Shown: positions 12,110 to 23,400 of the stretch, one piece after another | How the letters are laid out: each line of letters opens with the position of its first letter | How positions within the stretch are numbered: the stretch's first letter is position 1 | The notes under the pieces: generated by a model | The model's input: only the letters and a program-made list of their open reading frames with translations | Database searches by the model: none | What the model was told of the DNA's origin: nothing | From: Craspedostauros australis | Lineage: Eukaryota | Assembly: GCA_030167865.1 (NCBI GenBank) | Contig: JALAGF010001218.1 | Location: 1-39,567 of the forward strand | Direction of reading: 5' to 3' | DNA length: 39,567 nucleotides | Position numbers and translations under genes: made by a program

Positions 12110-15100
12110 ATGAGTCCAGACCCAACGCCCACCCGGGCACCTGCCCCTGATGACGCGGCCGGCGCAAATGCAGCAACGGAACAGATGATTGGTTCTCTGG
12201 GGCAGGCTTTGGCTGGCGTCAACCTCGGAGGAAGCAACAACCATGGCTTTGGATTCCAGAATGATTCCAATGGGAGCGCCCCTGGTGGAAACGCGCACGG
12301 TCACCATGCCCACAATGGCGCTCAGGACGGTGCCAGCCACTTCGCGGCTGCAAATCACCACGCTGGCAATGCTCCGGCATCCAACGGTGCCGATAGCGGC
12401 TGGGGATACACCAACCATAGCGCGGCGAGCAACGGCAACCACGCGGATGCCAGCTCTCCCACATCTGACATCAAGCGCAACAAGGGATTCGACCTCTTCC
12501 TCTCCCAAAGCCCTTCGCAGACGCTGGGTGCGGACGTCTTCAAGCTCAGCAGCAACAACCTCCCAGGCCTTGGAATCCAGGATGAGAATCGCGCATCCAC
12601 CTTCCCAGGCGGTCAGAGCCTCGCACCAGGCCCGGTGGGCGCATCAACCATTCAGTCGCAAATCGCGAACGGCAACGGCGCCTCTGCACCTGCTCGCCGT
12701 CGCAACGATTCGCCCGTTGGCTCGGTGACGGGGACCACCACCTCCAGCCGTTCCTCATCGCCCTACGATGCGGGACGCAACACGATCGGCGCATACCATC
12801 CAAAGAGCAACGTTGGCGCTGGTGCCGCTGTCGACGTCTCCGCCAATCTCCAAACTTCGTTTGCCAACGTCAACGGGGACGGCGGCCTCACTGGTGCCAC
12901 CCACAATGTTATTGGTGCGAATGCGTACAACATGGCAACGATGCCCATCGGCCATGCCCCGACTGGACATCCGAACCACCTACAGATGGATCACTTGCAA
13001 GGACAGCAGCTCAATGGTGGGGTGCCCTCGCCGTACCTTGGCAATGCCGTGCCGCACATTCATGCCCCTGTCAACGGTTACAACAACCCCAACAACATGA
13101 TGTACGGTAATCAGATCGCCAGTCCAGGGCAGCAGCAGCTGCATCCCAACGCCGTGGGGTCGCCGCCGCCACAGCAGGAAGTCAACAATGGCAATACTAA
13201 TCAGCAGCAACCGCAGCAGCAGCAGATCCTGTACATGGCAGTTCCAACGGCCGATGGACGACAGGTGCTGCAGCCTGTGCAGATGGTGCAGATGCCAGGC
13301 AAGCCGTTCGCTTACATCCTTCCAAACGGAGCCACGGCACCCATGCCTCCGGGCGCGACCGGCATGGACGGCCAGCAGATGCCGCAAGTCATGGTCATGC
13401 CCGGCATGCAGCACGGAGGCGTCGTCAACGGAATGCCGGAGCATTCGAACATGCGAGGCATGGTCGCCGGAAGTCCCAACCTCAATGACTCCATGAACAA
13501 GAGCATTGGCGGGTACGGCAGCCCAGGCGGTATGGATTCCGGCAAGTACAAACGCGGCGGCGGCAACGGATACGGTCGCTCGAAGGACTTCGGCTCCCCG
13601 TCCGGCGGCAAGGCCAACGATGATCAGTACGGAGTTCCTGGTGGCAACGCCCTGAACCAATCCTCGGACACCCTGAACTCGTTGTACGCGCTGCCGCAGC
13701 GACCGCCGTTGGACCAGCTGCTCGGTCAGGTCCGGCGCTTGTCCAGAGACCAGGTTGGATGCCGCCTCGTGCAGCAGGCGCTCGATGAAGAGGGGCCCAT
13801 GGCAGCAACGCTCATCCTGAACGAGGGACTGCCCTTCTGGGGTGAGGCGATGGTGGATCCGTTCGGCAACTACCTCTTCCAAAAGATCCTCGAAAAGATC
13901 ACCGCCAAGGAGCGCGTCATGCTCGTCAAGAGCGTCAGCACCCGTCTCGTCAATGCCAGTTTGAACCTCCATGGAACACGCAGCGTGCAGAAGGTCGTGG
14001 AACTGTGCGCCATCGACGAGGGGACCATGTCCACCGCAGCCGAAGGCAAGAATGAAGAAGCCGATGCTGCGGAGGATGCTGCTGCGACAGCGAAGAGTGG
14101 TGGTGATACTGAAGGAGAGGAGTCTGCTGCGGACATCCTCACGCGATCCCTCACACCAGCGGCGGCTCGTCTTTGCATCGACAGCCATGGCAACCACGTC
14201 ATCCAACGCATCCTCCTGAAGCTTGGCCCGACGCACTCCCAGTTCATCTTCGATGCCGTCGCTGAGAGCGTTGGAGACGTCGCCCGCCATCGCCACGGAT
14301 GCTGCGTCATTCAGCGATGCCTCGACTCGCCGCCGAGCGATGCGCGATCCAACCTCGTGGGACGCATCGTCGACAAATCGCTGGAGCTGATGCAAGATGC
14401 GTACGGAAACTACGTCGTGCAGTACGTCCTTGACGTCTGCACCGATTCCGACGTCCACGCCGTGTGCGAGAGCGTCGTCGGAAAGGTGAACTTGCTCGCC
14501 ATCCAGAAGTTCAGCTCCAACGTGATGGAGAAGTGTTTGGAGCGATGCACGGATCGCGTGAAGGAGAAGTACATGGCAGAGCTTGCTGACAGCGAACGCA
14601 TCCGCGAGCTCATGATGGATCCATTCGGCAACTACGTCGTCCAACGCTCGCTCTCTGTTGCAACCCACTCGCAGGCAGTCCGATTGGTGGAGGCCATGCG
14701 ACCGCACCTCATCGCGACCCTTCCTGCCTCTCCCAACGGACAGCGCAATGGTGGAGTGCGCAATACGGCCGGGGGGCGTCGCATCATGGCCAAGATCTGC
14801 CGCCGCTTCCCGAACTTTACGTTGCAGCCCGTGGGTTCCACCGATGACATGTACAGCCAAAACAAGAGCCACCATCACAGCAACAACAGCAACCATCATG
14901 GCCACCATCATGGGAACAACAACAGCAACGGCAACAACCACCACGGGAACGATCATAGCCGCCATCACTACGGCCGCCACAACAACCATGGTCACGGACA
15001 TGGGCATGGTCGCAGCCACAATCACCGCCGCCACCATAATCACCACCACCACAACAACAACAATAGCCACAACGGCCACAACAACCACAACAACAACATG

Positions 15101-15349
15101 GGGCCAATGTACGGGCAGATGGACCGAGGACATCACGCAGGACCCAACCAAGCACCACAGGGGTACCAACAGCAGCACTTCAACGGCAACGCGCACGGCA
15201 TGATGAATCCTGTCCGTCAGCACCAGATGTTCGAACAGCAGCAAGCATCACAGCCATACTACGACGTCCCACAGACCGGATTTGTCGAACATCCTCCTCC
15301 TCCATACATGCCAAACATGAACCACGGCGGGTATGCGAACAGGATCTAA
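12110..15349 (+). CDS. Pumilio/PUF family RNA-binding protein (Puf4/Puf5-like)
   Basis: 1079 aa with eight PUF repeats (GCRLVQ, GNYLFQ, GTRSVQ, GNHVIQ, GCCVIQ, GNYVVQ, SSNVME, GNYVVQ), flanked by a G/N/Q-rich N-terminus and an H/N-rich C-terminal low-complexity region. Confidence 0.96.
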   Translation: MSPDPTPTRAPAPDDAAGANAATEQMIGSLGQALAGVNLGGSNNHGFGFQNDSNGSAPGGNAHGHHAHNGAQDGASHFAAANHHAGNAPASNGADSGWGYTNHSAASNGNHADASSPTSDIKRNKGFDLFLSQSPSQTLGADVFKLSSNNLPGLGIQDENRASTFPGGQSLAPGPVGASTIQSQIANGNGASAPARRRNDSPVGSVTGTTTSSRSSSPYDAGRNTIGAYHPKSNVGAGAAVDVSANLQTSFANVNGDGGLTGATHNVIGANAYNMATMPIGHAPTGHPNHLQMDHLQGQQLNGGVPSPYLGNAVPHIHAPVNGYNNPNNMMYGNQIASPGQQQLHPNAVGSPPPQQEVNNGNTNQQQPQQQQILYMAVPTADGRQVLQPVQMVQMPGKPFAYILPNGATAPMPPGATGMDGQQMPQVMVMPGMQHGGVVNGMPEHSNMRGMVAGSPNLNDSMNKSIGGYGSPGGMDSGKYKRGGGNGYGRSKDFGSPSGGKANDDQYGVPGGNALNQSSDTLNSLYALPQRPPLDQLLGQVRRLSRDQVGCRLVQQALDEEGPMAATLILNEGLPFWGEAMVDPFGNYLFQKILEKITAKERVMLVKSVSTRLVNASLNLHGTRSVQKVVELCAIDEGTMSTAAEGKNEEADAAEDAAATAKSGGDTEGEESAADILTRSLTPAAARLCIDSHGNHVIQRILLKLGPTHSQFIFDAVAESVGDVARHRHGCCVIQRCLDSPPSDARSNLVGRIVDKSLELMQDAYGNYVVQYVLDVCTDSDVHAVCESVVGKVNLLAIQKFSSNVMEKCLERCTDRVKEKYMAELADSERIRELMMDPFGNYVVQRSLSVATHSQAVRLVEAMRPHLIATLPASPNGQRNGGVRNTAGGRRIMAKICRRFPNFTLQPVGSTDDMYSQNKSHHHSNNSNHHGHHHGNNNSNGNNHHGNDHSRHHYGRHNNHGHGHGHGRSHNHRRHHNHHHHNNNNSHNGHNNHNNNMGPMYGQMDRGHHAGPNQAPQGYQQQHFNGNAHGMMNPVRQHQMFEQQQASQPYYDVPQTGFVEHPPPPYMPNMNHGGYANRI

Positions 15350-16523
15350 TCCTGCGGTCTGCTCTACTACCATATGTGCATTCGCATCCAACGTGGACGT
15401 CCTGCGAAGCGTGGAATGGTGTGAGGCGAAGCAAAGCGAGTTGGGATGAGATGGCGCGCGAAGTGAACAACAACCACAACAACACCTGGCCCATGAAGGC
15501 CCTACGACTGTTGGGATGAACGGCACCATTGTTCATGGCCACCAGAACATCATCCAAGCAACGAACAAACCAATACCATACGCATGCGATTCTGCAACCA
15601 CAGCCTACCCTGGCTGCCGCATCGTCAGATCGAACATCATCGCGATGAACGACACTCTACACATACCAACATCCATGGCAAATGTACTGTTAGAAGAGAA
15701 TACCAAAGAAGAAGAATGTACTTTGAATTGTCGACCACGCTGGCGACAATTCCATGTTTACCGCTACGCTCCAGAACCAATAAGGAGAAATGAAATGAAA
15801 TGAATTGAAAAGAGATACAAATACGGAATGAAACGATATGAAATGAAACGAAACAAAGAGAGAATGGGAGATGCAATGTTGATGCTCCTGACAAGTGCTG
15901 GAATGACGAATGAAGCACACAAGACAGAGGGAGGGTCAACCAGACCCCCACAAACACCACATGAAACAAGAGAGAAAATGAAAACAAAAAGTGAAAAGCA
16001 AAAGATAGAAAACGATGGATGGAAGGAATAGGAGAGAAACTAGGATAATCAAAAGTGTACTAAAGCAATTGTTCAATCCATAACTTCAGAATGATATGGG
16101 TAACAGATGTTGCAGATGGAGGGATGGAGAGAGAGCATGGTCGGGTGGAAGGTGCCATGCATCTCGCCGCCAACAACTAATCCAACGAAACATGGGAGAA
16201 GATTGAAGATCTCTCGTGTCGCTGAAATGTCCGCCTTCGCGTGAGGAGTTCCACGATTGGTGTCAAATGATGGGAGAATCAGCTTCGGAAATAGGCCATG
16301 ACGGAGTATCTTTCTTCCTGCCATCAACACGACAGTTCACGCGGCAGAGCTGCTGGTTGTGCACAACGCACAAGAGAGGCACAAGAGGGGGAAGGCAACA
16401 AACGGAGAGAACACCGCACAATCCAAGCAACACAGTAGAAGAAGTCACCACTCCCCTCGAACTCGTACATGCAAGGACTAGGAGTGCAACACATCACATC
16501 ACGACCAAGGAGAGGTAGGAGAG

Positions 16524-17915
16524 ATGGAAGACGCCGGCCCTGTTGAGGCCGCCAATCCACCCAGCACACAAAATGGCAACGATGGATCAGGCAATGCGGC
16601 ACCAGATGGTCAGGAGACTGCCGCTGTGAGCACTGGGGACCATAGCAACGGCAGCGGCAATGGCAATAGAAACAGCAACAGCGATGACCATGACCTCATC
16701 GACAACGTCAACAAGAGCAAGGACGCTGCCAAGACCAACTACGGAAGCATCGAATCAGGCGTCATTGGATCCGATGCGCGCCATTCCGTGCAAACCGAAC
16801 GCATGAATCAGGAGGAGCTCCGCTTTCGCAAAGATACGAACAGGGAAGGCATCGTCAACGTCCTTGTCACCTTCGTCGTCAACGGCTATTCCGCGGTGCT
16901 GGTCTTCGTCTTCTACCTCATCAGCATCGAGTCGCTGTTCTCGATCGCGCTCAGCGTGGCCTTGACAACGACCACGTACTACCGCACCAAGGATGATGAC
17001 TCCATCAATGGCGGCCTCATGAATTGGATCCTGCTTTCCTTCTCCGTCATCACTCCCATGTCATCCTCCATCTCCATGGCATTCGGTCGCAGAGAACAGG
17101 CGCTGTCGGACATCGCCGCCTTCAAGAGCACCCTGCGCAACCTCTACATGGCGCACGCCTGCTGGGATTGGGCCAAGGCCACCAAGCCGGACTCCATCGG
17201 CCGCCACGTCTGCGAAACGGATTGGTTGCAACACTCCGACGACGCCTTGCACATCATCCGCCACATCTGCGAGGACGCGACGCGCCATCTCACGCTGCCA
17301 TCGACGAGCCGCGCCAGACATCGCGTCACATCGAGAGGCAAGAAAGAGGCGGAGGCCGGACGCAAGCTGGCATTCCATCTGCACCGTTCCACGCTGAAGC
17401 AGCTGGTGCAGCTTTCGCAACTCTGCGAGGAGCTCAAACGACAGGGTCTGCCACCCAACGAGGCCACGCGGATACGCCAGTGGGAGCGCATGGTCAACGA
17501 ACAGCTCGAGTCCCTGCGATTCATCAAGGAGTACCGGACGCCGCAGGCGCTGCGCAGCTTCGCGAGGTTGTTTTCCGTCTTCCTGCCGCCTTTCTACGCG
17601 CCGTACTATGCCGAGCTTGCGCAGCAGCTCAATTCGTTGGGCATGGCCATCGCCTTCTCCGTCCTCACCTCCATCGCGTTGACGTCGTTGTTTGAGTCGT
17701 TGACGCAGATGGAGGATCCGTTCGTCGGGTTGATCGGGTTGGATGGCATCGACCTGGAGGAGGAGCTTCTCGGCAAGGCCCAGGCCGAGCTGCTGGATGT
17801 CCGCAAGGAGCTGTATCCCAATGCCTTGCCGTTCGTGACCGAGGATGGCCGTCTGCTTTCGGAGACTGATCGCATGTCAGCCTTCCCAGCCTATCGTATT
17901 TTCGCGGAAGGTTAG
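16524..17915 (+). CDS. Bestrophin/UPF0187 (RFP-TM)-like membrane channel protein
   Basis: 463 aa with N-terminal TM helices ending ..SMAFGRRE, a helical cytosolic domain, then YRTPQALRSF, two further TMs and QMEDPF. This layout and the TP and EDPF motifs resemble the bestrophin-like family. Confidence 0.6.
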   Translation: MEDAGPVEAANPPSTQNGNDGSGNAAPDGQETAAVSTGDHSNGSGNGNRNSNSDDHDLIDNVNKSKDAAKTNYGSIESGVIGSDARHSVQTERMNQEELRFRKDTNREGIVNVLVTFVVNGYSAVLVFVFYLISIESLFSIALSVALTTTTYYRTKDDDSINGGLMNWILLSFSVITPMSSSISMAFGRREQALSDIAAFKSTLRNLYMAHACWDWAKATKPDSIGRHVCETDWLQHSDDALHIIRHICEDATRHLTLPSTSRARHRVTSRGKKEAEAGRKLAFHLHRSTLKQLVQLSQLCEELKRQGLPPNEATRIRQWERMVNEQLESLRFIKEYRTPQALRSFARLFSVFLPPFYAPYYAELAQQLNSLGMAIAFSVLTSIALTSLFESLTQMEDPFVGLIGLDGIDLEEELLGKAQAELLDVRKELYPNALPFVTEDGRLLSETDRMSAFPAYRIFAEG

Positions 17916-18456
17916 CTCGTATTCTATAAAATGATTGAACTGGTATTGCTGATGAGGTACACTCTGGCACATGAGAAGATGTATGGTACTCAGATAAAGA
18001 TAGAGCATCCAGAGTGCGACTAACGGCGAGTGAAATGATGTACTACTACTCTTCTGTACTATAATACCTATGCTGCTGGTACGTTACTATTATGCTGCCT
18101 CACAGTTCGTTGAGATGTACTCATACAATACTGGTTGAGTGATGGTTCATTCCTCCAATCCACCGCTTGTAGCAGCCCAAGGACAACGCCACTCCTCGTT
18201 AATTTGAATTCACACGGCGCCGACAGCTTCGGTCGTGTGGGAGTTGATCGTTGCCACGTGCTCTGGTGCACGAAGCGATGCATGGAATGGCTGACATACC
18301 ATGCGGGTGCCTTACTTCACAGGTGTCCGATGGTGCCATGGCACACATGTAGTACTAATACTCGCACAGTGTGGCCCTTGTTGGAACGCTCGGTGTTGCT
18401 CTGACCACCACTCAACGTTGGCACCAACATATTCACACATTGCCATTTACTCAACT

Positions 18457-18768
18457 TTAATCACGTTCGATGACCTGGGCATCCTCAATTTGGTTCATGA
18501 GGATCGCAGACACTCGTTCGCCCTCTCCTTGCTTGACAACGAGCACCACCTTGGTGTCGTCCGGTGCGATCTTCGTTCGGATCTCGATCAAGTCTCTTCC
18601 AGGTGCGCAGCCTGTTGTCATTCGTGCCATGTTCGGACAAGAAGAAGGTGTTGTGCATTTCGAAGGGCGCGAAGTTGAAGCAAATTGGACAGGCAATGAG
18701 GTTGAAGTGGAAGATGGATTGACCAGAGGAGGAACGCAAATGAAAATAGCGGACAAGAGCGAAAGAAC

Positions 18769-18802
<34 letters not shown>

Positions 18803-19556
18803 TGAGCGAGGCCAATACGAGATATTATATGATGGCAGACACAGCAACAGCAACAGCAACTTGCGTACTCGCGTGGACGTGAGCAATGCGAAGGAGGACA
18901 ACAAAAGCACTGAACTTACAGCACACGCGGACGCAGCACGGGGCCGGCTCTCCGAGGACATCCACATCATCGATCTGGCTCAAGTCAATGCTGTTGATGC
19001 TGTATTCGTGGCAGCAGCAGAGCTGGATCGGGCCGCAGCGGCTCGGCGACACCTTCTTGATTCGCAGGTGGTTGTGGCTGAGCTTGTAGACGGAGGGATC
19101 GACCGGGCAGCACCCGAAGCAGGTGTAGACGGCCTTCTGGGCGTCGCTGAAGTAGATCCGCTCCTCATCCTCCCAAAGGACCTTCATGCGGGTGTCGAAG
19201 CGCGCCTTGCGTCCCAGGTTGGAGATGAGGGCCTTGATGCGCAGACGATCTCCGACGATGTTGATGCCCATCTCGCGCAGGTCCATGTCGGTGAGGTTGT
19301 GGGCCAGACGTCCCGTGATCCTGTGCGCGATGAACATCTCGCCGTACTCGCCCACGCCTGCCTTGTCCAAGTAGGAGGCCAGCTCCGTGGCATCCCAGGT
19401 CTCGAACGTCAGAGCATCCTGCTTGTTGTCGTCCGGGCGGTACGATTGCTGCCTGTTGTTCTCCATGCTGTTGCGTGGCATGTTGCCTGTCCTCGAGCGT
19501 AGTAGCGGATCCGATTCGGTGCTGATGGATTGTGAGGAGCTGCGCTCTGTTCTCAT
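18457..19556 (-). CDS. SAM-domain protein with a Cys-rich PH-like C-terminal domain, 2 exons
   Basis: First ATG at 19556. Exon 1 ends at 18920 (T|GTAAGT) and exon 2 is 18611-18457 (AACAG|GC), in frame. SAM signature WDATELASYL..AGVGEYGEMF..HRITGRL..LTDMDLREMGINIVGDRLRI. Confidence 0.85.
18772..18799. repeat. (GA)n microsatellite inside the SAM gene intron
   Basis: Uninterrupted ga run directly visible. Confidence 0.92.
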
Positions 19557-20449
19557 GATTGAATGAGCTTGGCAGCGACGATGGGATGAGTGCTGGTTCC
19601 GCACGGAGGCAATGGATCCGTCTTCTTGCTCTGTGTGTTCACTGATTGCGTTCTCGTGTTTCGTGACCTTCCGAGAGGCGAAGGATGCTTCTCTGCTGCT
19701 GTCTCGTCCTCTCAGTCGTCCTTGCTGTTCTCTTCAGCACACGACCAAAGCGCTGGATGAGAAGGCTGGCTTCGGACACCAGAACGCGCGCGTTGCCGAT
19801 GCCGCGTGACAAGGAGGTTCGCATCAACCATGCGTCCATTGGCTGTTGTGACTTTCGTGATGTTCGAAGCGAACATCTGCGAATCAACACGATCCAAAAC
19901 GGGACTGGTTCTTCGGGTGTTTTCTCGAAGTGTGATTGGACTGGGTTGAGCAATGTGCACATGCTTAGTCGCTTACAAACACTAAAGCAGCCTCCTAGAC
20001 TGTTCTACTCGGGAGAGTAGACGGAATGGCTGGAACTGACAGACACGCACCCATGAGCGTACATTTGTTTGGTCACATCAGTGTTGCTCGTGATCATTGC
20101 ACTCATTGTGGATCGGTGGATGGCAAGCATAGAAAGGGGAACGATTGGTAAGGACATTCTGATACTCAACTCTGTGTTGGTCATGTATTCTAACATATAA
20201 TAATATATTACTTGTGCATCTTGGTCTCTCAAACTATTGGTGTGCGAAAGGATCCTCCATCTGGGCGGCACATAGGTGCGGTACGATTGCCATGGCCTCT
20301 CGAATCATCCGCCAGCCAACCAGACAGCCGGTTTGCTGTCCTGCCAGGCAAGTCCTTTCGACCGTGACTTCTCCAAGAATCTCCAGTTGACACCGAACGC
20401 ACTCGCAACTGTTACACGACTACAGGTGGGGCATGTGGGAATTGCCTGT

Positions 20450-23400
20450 CTACAGCACGAAGATGTCGCCATGGTGCTTGCCTGCGTTCTCCGTCAGAAT
20501 CTCACCGCCGCCACCGAGCTGTTCTGTCACATCGTTCAACAGGCTTTGATCCACGCCCAAAGTCCCATCCTCGTTGCGGAACAGGATGTTACAAAATCGG
20601 TACCCGACGCAAATGTCCACGTAATCGTACGCCTTCTGAGCGTAGACGGAGTTGGCATCGACGTTGGATGTGCCGGAGAGGCTCACGAGGATCTGGTCGA
20701 AGTCGACGGAGGCACGTACGCCTTCGGCGCTGTTGAGCTCCTTCGGCCAGTGTCCTCCGTTCAGTCGCACCAGCTCGCGCGCCTGCTTCTTCAGCAACGG
20801 TGAATTCTCATCCAGCACGTGACGCACCAGCCACAGGCGTTTGAAGAACGGATGCTCCGCGGAATCGATATCCAGCTTCGCAAACACTCGCTTCGGCACC
20901 ACCTTTCCTGTTGGATCCTCCACGATGGCCTGCGTCCGGCCTTGGTCCACGGACGTGGCGAACATCCCGCGAACAGACTTTGCCACTCGGTCGTAGGACC
21001 GTGTGCTTGGTGCATTGTAGTTGGCGGAAGATCGACGACGTTTATCCACCCGTCGACGGCGTTTGCCCTTCTTGCCGCCTCTCCGCCGGACCTTGTTGGT
21101 CTTCACCATCGCATCCGCCTGGTTCTCGTCGATGCTCGCGACGATGTTCATGGACGCATCGATGATCTCGCCACCCAGCTGTCCCGCCAATCGATTCACA
21201 ACCCGGAATTCCAACAACGGACACGGCAGCTGGCTCAATCTCGATAGCGATATGCGTGCTCCACCCGGACTCGAGCTGGACCTGAGAGGAGTTTCGTTGC
21301 GAGACATGGAACTCGTGGTAGGACTGCGATACGAGTTAGGTTTGGCGTTGCTGCCATCACCATTGCTGCCACTACCATCACCATTGCCACTACCGCTACC
21401 ATTACCGTTGCTGCTGTTCGTTGGATCGCTGCCACTCTGACTGTCGCCGTTGTCATTGTTGCTCATGCCGTTAATGATGGTGTTGATGGCAGCTTTGTTT
21501 GCGGCTGCACCTTTTTTGGTTGCATCCTCCTCTTCTTCGTCTTCTACCGCAATGCCTGGTCCGAACCGAATCACGATGGGGTCGCTGAATGTAACTTGAG
21601 CAAACGATGCAATTCGTGTGACCTTGGCAAACATGATGGCGCCGCAGAAGCTGGCATACAAGATCCCGACAAAAGATTCCAACGTTGCCAGAATTGTGAT
21701 CCCTGTGCATTCATGGACGTCCGAATGCACCGACGATGTCGATGGATACACGAGACCGTAGCCCTGTGGAATGTGATGATCCGAGAGGGAGAGAGAGAGA
21801 CAAAGAGGCGAATGGAAAGGAGTTGTGTCATGCATGTAGCCCACGTATGATGGCGTGAGTTGTGGCCAGCGATTGAGCACATAGAAAACTCGCAGCACTT
21901 GAAATAGAGTACTCGTCAACATGAGAGTTTGGCGATGAGTTAATGGACAACTCACCACAGTGGAGAAGGTCGTCCAGCTGAGCGCGTACGCATCCATGAA
22001 GTCTGCTCCCGTTTCGCCAAACTGCGCGCCATTGACGTGGATGCATTGCGGCTTGTTGCTGCCGCTCGCGAAGATGAGAAGAGCGAAGGCACCTGTCAAC
22101 GTGAAAAAGATGATGGCCGCGCTGAGGAATACCTTCACGAAGGTCTCTCGAAAGGCCCAGTTGAGGTACGAATGCACCAGCCTGTTGGGTCTGACTCCGC
22201 TCAATCCGCAACCCTTCTCCTCGGGTGCGAGCGTGGAGACTTCATACATGACATGCTGACCAAACGGTCCTCTTGACGATGCGATAGTCTGCCACCGCCG
22301 TTATTGTCATTGTTATTGTGATTGCCGACATGATGCAAGCGTTGATGGGATGCGCACCCAACATACCAATGAGAATGAAAAGAGGAAATCGTAGACGGAG
22401 AAAGTCAGATTGAAGTTGTTCATGTACGCATGTATGCAGGCTTGCATCAGTGCTGTGTGCATCGATGATCCAAGATGGCATGAACCACGCGGTTGAATTC
22501 GATGGTAGCAGGTTGGAGAGAGCTCGATGAAAAACTACTTGGCCCAAAATGTGCTGCTGCTGTGAACTCACCTGCTTCGCCTTGAGCGTGTACTGGGTTT
22601 TCGTTCTCTTTTTCTCCTCAAAGTACTCCACGTCTCTGTTGCTTCGCTCCTTCTCGTTGGCTGCGTTGGCATCAGATTCGACGATCTGTGAACTGGACAC
22701 CACCAGCCTCCCTCGGACGGATGTGTTGGACAAGCTCCCTTCATCCATGTCTTCGTCTGATTCCTCACCCATCACCCGTTGCTTGATTGACGTGAACGTC
22801 TTCTGAAATGTCCGCCTTCTTCTCTTCAACTCGTTTTGTGGTTGACAGCCGGAAACGGAACGGACCTGCGAATACGAAAGCAATGCAGTTCCCGATTGCA
22901 TCAACGAGAATGTGCGTGTGCCGTGCATTGTGTTGCGTGGAGATTGGAGGAAGATGCACGGTGAGACGCACATTGAGTTTACCAATGATCAATGAATAAT
23001 GACCAATGAACAATGCGAAGATGTTTAGGAGCACGACGAGAGATACGTGAGCTTGCGGCAGACCCATCATGTCGAGATTCCTTCAAACATGGACTCTGAT
23101 GATACGCTGCATGCTGTGATACATGTTGATTGAAACTCCGCTGCTTCTGCGTCCTACATTTCTGTGTGCGAGGTAGATCAGATGAGGGAGTAGCACAGCA
23201 TACCACATTCCACATACCACATTCCACATACCACAGTGGAGCATATTCATTCACCATATTGACACTCCGACCACACCAATGCAGTGTGATGGACTTACCT
23301 TCGCCTCATGCAGTCGCATGCCTCCGCCTGCCTTGCCAGTTTCCAAATCGGTCGTCAGCGAGACTCTCCGATTCCTGTCATGTACGTGGTACTTGGAAGC

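Noticed and set aside
12980-15244. 754-aa antisense ORF over the PUF gene
   Set aside because: Mirror of the biased sense-strand codon usage; V/A-rich with no motifs.
18055-18066. UGUACUAUA, a PUF-like element downstream of the bestrophin-like gene
   Set aside because: A single short match in AT-rich DNA is expected by chance, and no good site was found in the PUF gene's own 3' region.
22983-23161. Possible extra exon in Kir intron 1 (CACAG acceptor at 23162, GTAAAC donor at 22982)
   Set aside because: It would end in phase 2, which is incompatible with the phase-0 next exon, whereas skipping it keeps the frame. A poison exon cannot be excluded without RNA data.
23201-23234. Short direct repeats (ccacattccacata) resembling an array
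   Set aside because: Intronic minisatellite with no unique spacers; not CRISPR, and the context is eukaryotic.
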